Part shown: positions 49,163 to 59,375 of the stretch, one piece after another | Layout of the letters: each line of letters begins with the position of its first letter | Position numbering within the stretch: position 1 is the stretch's first letter | NCBI GenBank assembly: GCA_963921275.4 | Contig: OZ001293.3 | Span: 4,512,001 to 4,576,000 of the forward strand | Direction: 5' to 3' | DNA length: 64,000 nt | Source of the DNA: an uncultured Hormoscilla sp. | GTDB taxonomy: Bacteria; Cyanobacteriota; Cyanobacteriia; Cyanobacteriales; Desertifilaceae | Notes under the pieces: model-generated | Database searches by the model: none | Seen by the model: only the letters and a program-made list of their open reading frames with translations | What the model was told of the DNA's origin: nothing | Position numbers and translations under genes: made by a program

Positions 49163-49703
49163 TTCTAATCTCCACGTCTGTTCTTGTTGTACCACCTTCT
49201 AGCAACGGCAACAAGCCGATCGCTGCCATTTCTTTTGATGCCGGAGGGATTTCCGACTTCCAATTATATGCCAAGTCATCCAGCCATGATTCTGCCCCAC
49301 TCAGACCATAGGGGGACTTCTGCCTTTTGCCAATTTCTGGATCGTAACTGCTTAGCACATCTACCACTTTTACCGTGCAAATTGGTTCGTACACATTGGC
49401 ACTGTCTATAGCATAAATATGCATATCCTCGGAGTCAATCATCATTCCAAAGGGAATTACACCTTGAGATGCTTTCAGGTAGCCAATGAAATTCTCTATG
49501 TCCAGCAGGGTTATCTCTCTAACTTGGGCTTGTATTAACATGACGATTCTCTCCTCTGAGTCGATCTCCACGCTTTGAAAGACCCGGCGCAGGGCTATTT
49601 CCCATTGAGGCGATCGCCTCTCTGTCCCATTTGACGTGCTGGTTGCAGGGAGAACAATACGGAATTTCGTTCGCCTCGCCGCTTCATAATAAGTTTCAAT
49701 CAT
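49140..49703 (-). CDS. Hypothetical protein (about 187 aa) overlapping the PIN-like gene start
   Basis: Intact ORF; AGGAG-like RBS before ATG ATT GAA; duplicated downstream. Confidence 0.75.
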   Translation of the reverse strand: MIETYYEAARRTKFRIVLPATSTSNGTERRSPQWEIALRRVFQSVEIDSEERIVMLIQAQVREITLLDIENFIGYLKASQGVIPFGMMIDSEDMHIYAIDSANVYEPICTVKVVDVLSSYDPEIGKRQKSPYGLSGAESWLDDLAYNWKSEIPPASKEMAAIGLLPLLEGGTTRTDVEIRIDILHRN

Positions 49704-50029
49704 TTTCTCTCCTAATTGCTGATAGTAATATTCTATCATATTCTGTTAGGTTTGATGTCGCTGATTCCAGGTGACGTATTGTAGCAATGTAGAATATCAA
49801 TTCTCAATGGCTTCGATCGGATTAGATATGTTTTTTTCAACATTGATGACCGATGATAATAATGTCTGAAAATTTGTGTTTTTCAAACAAATAACATATT
49901 TAAAATAATTACAATTGACGTTCATTTAATTTTAATTTTGAACAGGATTTATTATTATCTATGCTAGCTAAGAGTTGTGCGTATGCTTAGCAAAAGATAC
50001 ATGAGCTAAAAAAATTGTCCTGTACTGAG

Positions 50030-50160
50030 ACCGCTGCTACTTGGGGAAATAACCAGCTATGGGGCACTGCTTCTACCTGAATGATGTTTTTTGGCAGTTC
50101 ATACGCCTCCAAACCTCCCCAACGTTTGGCTATTATCCCCCGCTGACCGCACTTTACGGG
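50030..50160 (-). pseudogene. Glycosyltransferase (GT1 / sterol glucosyltransferase-like) fragment
   Basis: VPHSWLFPQVAAV motif. Confidence 0.6.
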
Positions 50161-50269
50161 TGTGGTCATGCATTTGTTGGCAACCGATCCCCCCCAGCCC
50201 CCCTTAAAAAGGCTATGCCTTACTCACATATTTCTTAACATTTGTCAGGGAGTGGAGGAGGGCTTTCAA

Positions 50270-51000
50270 GGGTATGTTTTTAAGATTCATCCAGGATCAG
50301 GGTCAAACTCGGGGTACAAACCGCCTGTTGGTAGAGGTAAGCCCTTAATCACTGCTGCCAGCATAATCAGAAATCCCCGTGCTCTTTCAGCTCAACAAGC
50401 GAGTTGGATTCGAGGTATAGGTTTGGCCAAAGGGATTCAAAGGTTTTTGTGGTTCAAGGCTGAGATTGCTTCCTGGCTCAGGGGCGTCAAGCGCTAAACT
50501 GCTTGGCATAATTTGAGAATCTGCCTTTCCCCCCACACTGACCAACCATAAAGTGGCTACGGCAATGGCTAACCAAAGCCGTTCGGCTCGGGAGGGGTCG
50601 GTCCGGAATGGTGTGATGCCACCCAAAACCACCGCCCTTGAAATCCTTGAACAGACATTCTATCCAACTACCCATGGCATACCAATAAATGTTAGCCTCG
50701 TCGGGAGTTAAATCTGTCAAAATCAACCACGGCTCGCTGTAGCCGGAATCCCATTGGGCTAAAAGAGTACAGTCCAAGGAATGGGTTTTGAGACAGGTGA
50801 CCAGACCCGCCCAACTTTGTCCAACTTCTGTAATCAGTTTCTTCAGTGGCCAAAAATCACTTTCTGCTTGTAGACGATATTGACCTTGATCGTTAATGCG
50901 CTATTTAGGATGCCATTGCAGAGCAGTAATCGCTTCATACATCCACTTGGCATACAACCCTCTATCTGTGGTGACAATCACAAACCAATCATCTCTTACC
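50270..51000 (-). mobile_element. IS4-family transposase remnant
   Basis: DRGLYAKW, EPWLILTDL, WIECLFKDFK.GG..W, RAERLWLAIAVA; several frameshifts. Confidence 0.8.
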
Positions 51001-51054
51001 CCAGCGAGAGAGAACTTCAAACAGCGCACAAACATGAGGTTTCCAACTGCCAAG

Positions 51055-51205
51055 ATTAGGGGTCTCCCTGGGAATCGCTTCCCAACCCTCCCGTTCGGAA
51101 CCGGACTTGCGACTTTCACCGCATCCGGCTACTGGGTAGTAGGCCCTTGTCATTGGTAGGATTACTGGGGATTACTCCCGTTGTCCCTTATCTCATACAA
51201 TTTGG
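51055..51205 (-). mobile_element. Group II intron 3' fragment (DIII-DVI)
   Basis: Canonical DV AGCCGGATGCGGTGAAAGTCGCAAGTCCGGTTC; ends GACCCCTAAT. Confidence 0.8.
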
Positions 51206-51357
51206 TGCCCATCATCCCGTCCGAAGTGCAACGCCAACTAATTATAGCGTTTGTCAGATAGATGCGATCCGCTCTGCGATCTATCTGAATACGGGTGTGG
51301 TCAAAACCAGTTGGTAAAGAAAAGGTAAAATTATGACGATTTCACTGGTTGATAAAC

Positions 51358-52870
51358 GGTTCCCGCCCGGATTTGTATTATAAATAATTACAGGTAACAC
51401 TAATTTTTTGTATTACATGCACTACCAATATAATACGACGAAAAGGCGGGAGCCTCCCACTTTGGCAATGAGTATAAATACTCGTGATTTCTGTCCTATA
51501 CATTTGTGCAAATTTCCTTCCGTTGGGAGATGGCGGCGCTGAGTCCTTGCAGGGTAAGGCTTTGCTCTCATCGACCAGTTGCACAACTCCCGCAGCGGCA
51601 AGCTAAGCGAGAAAAAAAGTTATTCTGGTAATATGGAAAAAATATCCACGGTAGAGCAGGCTACATGACCCCAGAAGAAAATCAAAAACTTAAATACCAT
51701 CTCAAAGAATTATCAAAACTCCTCTATGCAGACACAAGAGCATCTTCAAGACTTTGAAAGCAGAGAAAATGGTAGTCAGAAGCATTTACTTAATACAGTT
51801 GGACCAGAAATAGGAATTTTTTTTTGCTGATGGTGAGCCGGAGAAACCGGGCCGCAAGAGGCAAGTCCCGGACCATGTGAGTGGCGAGATTACAAAGCGG
51901 TCAGCCTACATGGGGAGGTGTGTGGAGCTTACTTTCAGGATAATGTTGCCCTCGTGGAGTGGGTTAAGCAACAGCCCTTCACGGCTTTGGGAGATGGTCA
52001 CTCTGGGCATTTGGAACATTATTGCCCAATTGCTGCTAGCTCATGGCAAACGTGAAGTTCTTGATTGGTATCATTTGGTAGAGAATATCTATAAAATTGG
52101 CGGTTCCAAGAAGCGTTTGAGGCAAATAAAATCATCTCTGTGGCGAGGCTTTATTGATGAAGCCTTAGAGTTGTTAGCTACTTGTAAAGGACCGCAAGTA
52201 CAGAACTTGCGCACTTATCTAACTAAACATCAATCTAGGATTGTCAACTACGACATTTATTAATCTTTGGGAATTCCGATTGGTTCTGGAGAGGTTGAGT
52301 CTACGGTCAAACGCATTGCCTCTCGTCTCAAGCTCTCTGGGGCACAATGGCGAAGGGAAGTCAGTTAACCAAATGCTTCGCTTACGCTGTGCTTATCTTA
52401 ATGGCGTACCCTAAGTACAATTACTTAGGGTAAAACTGGGATGCTCCAAAAAGGCTCCCGCCCGGATTTGTATTACAAATAATTACAAGTAACACAAAAT
52501 TTTAGGATTACGTGCGCTACAATGTAATCGGTCAGAACGGCTTCCGCCCGAATTTGAATTACAAAAATTATATGTAGTATATTTTAGGATTACGTGCGCT
52601 ACAATGTAATCGGTCAGAACGGCTCCCGCCCGGATTTGCATTACAAATAATTACAGGTAACACATATTTTAGGATTACGTGCGCTACAATGTAATCGGTC
52701 AGAAAGGCTCCCGCCCGGATTTGTATTATAAATAATTACAGGTAATACGAAGTTTTAGGATTACGTGCGCTACGATGTAATCGGTCAGAAAAGCTCCCGC
52801 CCGGATTTGTATTATAAATAATTACAGGTAATACGAAGTTTTAGTATTACGTGCGCTACGATGTAATCGA
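51358..52870. repeat. About 82-86-bp tandem array (6 units) split by ISKra4 after unit 1
   Basis: Units start GGCTCCCGCCCGGATTTG (or a variant) at about 51358, 52453, 52539, 52621, 52706 and 52792. Confidence 0.88.
51449..52447 (+). mobile_element. Degraded ISKra4-family element
   Basis: TIR-like GGAGCCTCCCACTTT / AAACTGGGATGCTCC; GDGH..IWN, EVLDWYHL.EN, IGSGEVES, LRCAYLN. Confidence 0.85.
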
Positions 52871-52919
52871 TCAGCGTCGATCACGTAGCGAAGCGTGTGC
52901 GCGCAGCGCAATCCTTTTG

Positions 52920-53167
52920 GCCAGGATATTAGAATAACGTCCCTGAAAGTAGGGCGGAGTCGGGGGGTCGATCGGGAAGTCGATCCCTAAAGTCGGCTCT
53001 AACGGCTGCACGAATGTCGTGACCCGAAGCTGGTTGCCCGGATCCGAGAGGCTGTCCCCAAACACGTAAAGCTTACTGAAACTTTCCGGTGCGTCGGAGA
53101 TCGGCAACATCTCTTCGGAGAGGTCATTTTCTGTGACTGGCATAGTTCTGATCATATTTTTCAGCAC
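52920..53167 (-). pseudogene. SGNH/GDSL hydrolase N-terminal fragment
   Basis: LYVFGDSLSDPGN...PPYFQGRYSN, then truncated. Confidence 0.75.
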
Positions 53168-53249
53168 AAATCCTAGTTTTTTAGATTCGATGGCGGCGAT
53201 CGCCCCGGTATCTTTATGCTAATATTAGCATAAACCATAACCTAAGATA

Positions 53250-53717
53250 ATGGCTACTAACAAAATCAAGATTGCTAAAGACAAGGCTGATTTAGTGAAA
53301 GCCTTACTAGACGAGAGCGAGACCACCGGACCATTCCAGACCTATGCTGATGTGATGGCCTTTGCCGCCGCCTTGGGGGCCAAGCGGAAAAAGCGATCGC
53401 CCCTGGGAGCAGTTGCAAAAAAAGAACCGGGCCCGATCGGACTGGAAATATTTGCCTCCAGAGGATATGATGTGATGATGAAATTACTGGCGATCGTGGA
53501 AACCTAAGACCCCAAAATCCTCTCTTCATGCGACCCAAAATATGAGTCACAACGCATCCAAATATTTGAAGAATATGCCAATGGCGGACTAGAAGTATTG
53601 CGAGAAGAATTGCGGGGTGTAGTAGATTATACCGAACAACTTTTATTGATTATGCAAGCTGAACGGGATAAACCACAGCAGTCAGAACAGGAATTCGATT
53701 TAAGCAGATTTCTTTAG
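53250..53717 (+). pseudogene. DNA phosphorothioation (dnd)-associated protein 4-like, single in-frame TAA at 53505
   Basis: IAKDKADLVKAL...FQTYADVMAFAAALG; the frame continues IFEEYANGGL...FDLSRFL*. Confidence 0.75.
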
Positions 53718-53809
53718 GCTGGCGAATAGTGAGCGGTGCCCACCCGACAGCTTCCGATTACCCACATTGTTATTGTGATATAATCGGATATTAACCCGCC
53801 TGGGAGGAA

Positions 53810-54994
53810 GTGAAAGTTGAGGAGGAGTCTATATTTGTGAATATCGGTCAATGGCTGGGCTTTTTCAGTTTAGTTTTATCCCTATATATTCTCTGGGAAA
53901 TTAGACATATTATTTTGCTGGTATTTACAGCCGTAGTATTAGCAACAGCATTAAATCGTGGCGTGCAGCGGTTACAGAGATATACTCCTTTGAGCCGTAA
54001 CATGGCAGTTATCTTGATGATGATCTGTACCCTACTGTTTTTCGTGCTGTTTTTTTGGCTAGTTGTGCCACCCTTTATCGAGCAAATTCAAAGCTTGATC
54101 GACCTATTACCTAACGGGTTGAAACGCATTGGCATCCTGCTGGATGAATTGAGTCGTAACCGCCCGGAGTGGATGCCAGAACCGCCAGACCTTTCCAATT
54201 TAATCCAAGAATTACAGCCCTTTGTCACTCAGCTGCTGGGGAACTTTTATGCTTTTTTCTCCAATTCCCTGATTGCGGTAGGTCAACTGTTGCTAGTGAT
54301 TGTGCTGACAATTATGATGTCGATCAATCCCCAGGCATACAGAAAGATATTTGTGCGGCTGTTTCCTTCCTTCTATCGCCGCCGGGTAGATTATATTCTC
54401 TCTGAATGTGAAGAGGCGTTGGGAAACTGGTTTGGAGGCATTGTCATCAATTCGCTGTTTGTTGCTACTACCTGTGGCATCGGTTTGTGGTTATTAGGAG
54501 TAAAGTTAGTGCTAGCTCATGCTCTCTTAGCTGGGTTATTCAACTTTATTCCTAATTTTGGACCCACCTTAAGTGTGATCTCCCCGCTGACAGTCGCCCT
54601 TTTGGACAAGAATCCTCTGGGAAAGGCAGGTGCTGTATTGATTCTGTATGTGGTGATTCAGAATATTGAGAGCTACTGGCTGAGTCCTACTGTCATGCAG
54701 AAAAAGGTTTCCCTACTCCCTGCTGTAACCCTGTTAGCTCAAATCACATTTACCGCCTTTTTCGGTCCCCTAGGGTTGATCTTAGCATTGCCCCTAGCTG
54801 TTGTTGCTCAAACCTGGCTCAGAGAAGTATTGATCGAAGATATTCTCGACAATTGGACTGGTGACCAGGATGCAACCCCTTCGACCGAAAGCGATTTTCC
54901 CAGTGAAACTGATACCCCGATCGCCGATTACCCTCAGGATCCACCTATTCCCAGTCCCGAGAGACAACCTAACCAAGCTAATGCTGAGTCGTAG
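53810..54994 (+). CDS. AI-2E family transporter
   Basis: Multiple TM helices, NFIPNFGP, QNIESYWLSP, GLILALPL. Confidence 0.88.
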   Translation: MKVEEESIFVNIGQWLGFFSLVLSLYILWEIRHIILLVFTAVVLATALNRGVQRLQRYTPLSRNMAVILMMICTLLFFVLFFWLVVPPFIEQIQSLIDLLPNGLKRIGILLDELSRNRPEWMPEPPDLSNLIQELQPFVTQLLGNFYAFFSNSLIAVGQLLLVIVLTIMMSINPQAYRKIFVRLFPSFYRRRVDYILSECEEALGNWFGGIVINSLFVATTCGIGLWLLGVKLVLAHALLAGLFNFIPNFGPTLSVISPLTVALLDKNPLGKAGAVLILYVVIQNIESYWLSPTVMQKKVSLLPAVTLLAQITFTAFFGPLGLILALPLAVVAQTWLREVLIEDILDNWTGDQDATPSTESDFPSETDTPIADYPQDPPIPSPERQPNQANAES

Positions 54995-55198
54995 TCAGTT
55001 GTTAGTTGTTAGTTGTCAGTCAGTTGTTAGTTGTCAGTTGTTAGTTGTCAGTTGTCAAGCTAATAGCTTGATAGCTGATAACTGATGCCCCGATCGCAGT
55101 CTGTGAACAAACATGTTTGGGAGAATAAAATGCAGATTATATGTGAATAGTTGGGGCATGATTATCAGAAATACAAATTACTTGAATAGGAACTACTT

Positions 55199-57493
55199 GG
55201 GTACATCTCAGTTAGGCGATGAGTAATTATACTTAGTGCTTGTATCCCTCAAAACGGTACATAATTTAGGCACTGTTGACCACCCTTGACCCATGAACTC
55301 CCAAAAGCAGGCTGAACTCCAGCAACATCTTGACGCGATTGCCGCGATTCTCTACCAGGAAGCCGACCCCACTGAACTCACCACCCTTGAAGGCATTGAG
55401 AAAAACGTTCGTGCGCTTGCCCAAGAACACGTCTGGCCTCAACTAGGAATTTTTTTATCAACACGGCGACTTCCCGCCGCACCGGAAAACAGCGCACCCT
55501 GACCAGTATCCTGGGCAAACTAACCCTCACCACTGCTCAAGCCCAACAACTGCAAGTTAAACCGGGAACTCGTTGGAGTCCGTATGTGGAAAAATGTTGT
55601 TGGGTCGTCAGTGCCAATGCCTCTTACCAGAGAGCCGATTTTTCGGGCCGTCCGCGGACCGTAAAAGATCTCGCGATGCTGACTGGGGTGAGCATCTCCC
55701 ACAGTACGCTCCAACGCTTTGTTCAACGAGAGGACTGGTCTGAGGTAGTGCGATTCGTTCCGGCATAAGCCAGTAGGTGAAAGTCGGGTCTGGCTCTATC
55801 AGCCAGATAACTCTGGTTATCATGGGGGTTAAATTCCCCTTCCCCAGGTACGGGGGTCGAGGGTACTACCGGTCGGAGGTGCTGCGGAGTCACATCACCG
55901 TGGTGTGGAGCGAGGACTTAAATGTAGGATAACTGGCAGCCTAAGCCGGTGACGCCGCTAGGAAAGATGTTAATGGTTAGAACAAGCGAACCTATGTAAA
56001 CCTCGTTAACCAGAACCAGCGGAAGAAGGCTTATGCGCTTGCCCAAAAAGGGAAATGGTAGTTAGTATTAGCTCTTGCCTCTGGCTAATAACGTACTCAA
56101 AGAACTCTCGGGGTATAGTAGGAACCTAAAAGCATCGCGAAATGATACCAGGGAACGGAGTAACCTCTCGTGAGCTGTCCCCATTTGGACAAGTTAGATG
56201 TAAAGCGCAAGCCACGAAGAGGAAGGATGTCCTAAGAAGCCAACGCCCGGGGTAATGCTTGTGGATATGCAGACGTAGGACGGATATGGTAAGACACCCT
56301 TGGGAAAAGTAACCTTAATGTCACAGAACTAGGAAGAAATTCCAAAAGTACGAATCTTGGATTCAAATCTTAGCCAGGTAAAGTTCAGAGCCCCTACGAA
56401 AAGCGGAAAGCAGAATGGGGAAGATGTTAGTAAAGAGCGGCGAGTATGGTTTGCTGAACTATCCTCCGCGAACCTTCCGGAGCTAAGTACTTAAACGGTC
56501 CAATAGGATTGACCATAAGGGGTAAAATTTCAAAGGGTAAGGGACAACGGGGGTAACCCCCAGTAATCCTACTGATGACAGCAGCTTACCAACCAGTAGC
56601 CGTGTGCGGTAAAAGTCGCTCTTCAGGTTTCGCTCTTGGAGGGTTGGTACGTGAGTACCAGCTCGACCCCGACCAAGATAGCTGAACCGATTCAGGAGCT
56701 CAGCTTGGATGGCGGCATGATTCGCCTTCGTACCGATTTTTCGGGCCGTCCGCGGACCGTGGAGGGTCAACCTGGTGAGTGGCGAGAATACAAAGCCTTA
56801 AATGTCCATGAGCAAGGCAGTGTGGCTTTCTTCAAGGATAATCAAGGGCTGCTTGAGTGGGTGAATGCCCAGCCCCTCGGGGCGCAGTTCACCGGTCTCG
56901 GAGATGGTCATGATGGGGTGTGGAACATTTTCAGTGGTATCGGGACACCAGAACAACGTATCGAAGTGCTCGATTGGTATCACCTAATGGAAAATGCCAA
57001 TAAGGTGCAAGGGACACCGGCTCAATCCGATTTTTCGGGCCGTCCGCGGACCGTGCAGATCCGATTTTTCGGGCCGTCCGCGGACCGTGCACTCCTGTGG
57101 CGAGGGGAGACCCAGAGGGCGATTAGTTATCTGCGCCAACAGCAATGTCGGGGAGCCACAGGGTTGATCAACTACTTGAAGCACCATCAGACGCGCATCA
57201 TTGACTACCAGACTAGCCCTCCTGGCGTCGGGCCGCTGCGCGAACGGGCAGGCAGCTCGGCACTCGATTGGCTCTGGTCGGGTTGAGTCCCTGGTGAAAC
57301 AAATTGGGTTAAGGGTGAAATTACCGGGGGCACAATGGCGAGCCGAGAATGTGCCGATTTTTCGGGCCGTCCGCAGACCGTAGGTGTTGAAGCATCGCTG
57401 TGCCTACCTGAATGGCGCATTAGTTGCCTAATCAGACTCAGTAAATCCACTTGTGCTGAGTAAATATACTCATCGCCTAACTGAGATGCACCC
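55199..57493 (+). mobile_element. ISKra4-family element containing a group II intron and six small repeat insertions
   Basis: 25-bp TIRs GGGTACATCTCAGTTAGGCGATGAG / CTCATCGCCTAACTGAGATGCACCC; 8-bp TSD AACTACTT; DGG, GDGHDGVWN, LDWYHL, IGSG.VES motifs. Confidence 0.93.
55748..56674 (+). mobile_element. Full-length ORF-less group IIB intron (about 927 nt)
   Basis: GTGCG start; EBS1 TGCCTC (56076-56081) pairs with IBS1 GAGGTA; DV and DVI present; removal restores EDWSEV-KIAEPIQE. Confidence 0.9.
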
Positions 57494-57896
57494 AACTACT
57501 TAGTGCGATCGCCTTTTGTCGGACAGACAGCAAATTTCCGATAAGTTCATTCCCTGATGATTACCTGGTATTTTTCGGGAACTGAGGCTAGGGAAATTCC
57601 CTGGGAGCATCCCAGATTTGCAGATGTATTAGAATTTGAGCCAATGTAGTACGATATGGGCTTTAAAATAACTACTTCCCGGAGAACTACTTCCCGGAGA
57701 ACCCGAGAATTTGTACTTTTATGCAAAAGTGAGATGCGCCCATTCCTATCCCCCAGCTGAAGGACGATCGTCCCAAAGGAATAATTTGCTTGCTCTTGAC
57801 AAATCATCCTGGTATTTACTATAATATTGTGTCAATCTCTAAGATATGGCTGAAAAAAGCCGGATAGGTCGCAGCTAATGGACTAGGAAATGTCAA

Positions 57897-59370
57897 ATGG
57901 GTATAGTATATAACATATTTTTCAAAGATAGTTTTTCTGTCAGAGGGCTGACAGGGACGGTTCAAAGGTCAGCCATCTCACAGGACTGCCAGTACACCGA
58001 ACAAGAGTCGCAACTCAGTTTAGAATCAACCCTGGGGGAATTGACACTTTACCAAGCAGAGATCGACTGCCAGCGCCCCGGCGCAGAGGTGACCCAGATC
58101 TTTGAAGCCAACCCCACGCTACCGGGTATCATTGTGACAGAGTCTGGTGAATTTGTGGGGATGATTTCCCGCAGGCGCTTCTTTGAACGCATGAGTCGTC
58201 CTTACAGCTTGGAGTTATTTTCCAAACGACCCCTGCTGACTTTCTACCAATTTGCTGAGAGTGAAATTTTAATGCTCTCACGGTCCACCTCAATTGTAGC
58301 AGCGGTGCAGCAGTCCTTAGCCCGCGAGCCCGAATTGATCTACGAACCGATCTTCGTGCAGCTAGAAACTGGGCCAACAGGCTATTGGACATGCATGATT
58401 TACTCTTGGCCCAGTCTGAAATTCATCAACTCACAACCCAAGCACTGCAACAATCAGAAGCCCAATTAACAGAAAAAGCCCAGCAACTAGAGGAGACTCT
58501 ATCTAAACTGAAAAAGACCCAAGTACAGCTGATTCAGACCGAAAAAATGTCCAGTCTAGGACAAATGGTTGCTGGCATTGCCCATGAAATCAACAACCCC
58601 GTCAGTTTCATTACTGGCAATCTGACTCACGTCAAAGGATACATGCAATACTTGTTACGCTTGCTCAAGCTTTACTGGCATCACTATCAGCAGCCCGTAC
58701 CTGAAATCCAGTCAGAAGTAGAAGCATCAGACCTGGATTTCCTCATGTCAGACCTACCACAAGTCCTGCAATCAATGCAATCCGGCGCAGACCGCATTCG
58801 TCAGATTGTCTTATCCCTGCAGAATTTTTCCCGCCTCGACGAAGCTGACTTGAAATCAGTTTATATTCACACCGGGCTAGAAAGTACATTGCTGATTTTG
58901 CAAAACCGACTGCAAAATCACAAGCTTCGCTGGAAATCTTCGGTAATTACCATTTACAAAGATTATGGTAACCTACCACAGGTAGAATGCTACCCCGGTC
59001 AGCTGAATCAGGTGTTTCTGAATCTGCTCAATAATGCGATCGATGCCTTAGAAATGAGAAAACCCTCCATCCATGAGATTCACATCGCCACCCAAGTATT
59101 AAACAGCAATTCTGTCGCAATCCGCATTGCCGACGATGGGTTAGGGATGACAGAGGAAGTATAAAAGAAGCTGTTTGACCCCTTCTTTACTACCAAGCCA
59201 CCAGGCAAAGGTACGGGTTTAGGATTGTCAGTTAGCTATCAGATAGTCGTCGAAAAACATGGCGGTCAATTGCAGTTTATCTCCTAGCCCGGTCAGGGAA
59301 CAGAATTTGTAATTTCCATTCCCATACGCCAGAAGTATCCTACATCCACCAATCTCAAATGCTGTGCTTG
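57897..59370 (+). pseudogene. Sensor histidine kinase with a CBS-like N-terminus; frameshift near 58375, stops at 59162 and 59285
   Basis: [49 protein letters not shown]. Confidence 0.9.
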
Positions 59371-59375
59371 AAATT

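Noticed and set aside
52453..52870. Possible CRISPR array
   Set aside because: Whole units are homologous along their length; there are no unique spacers.
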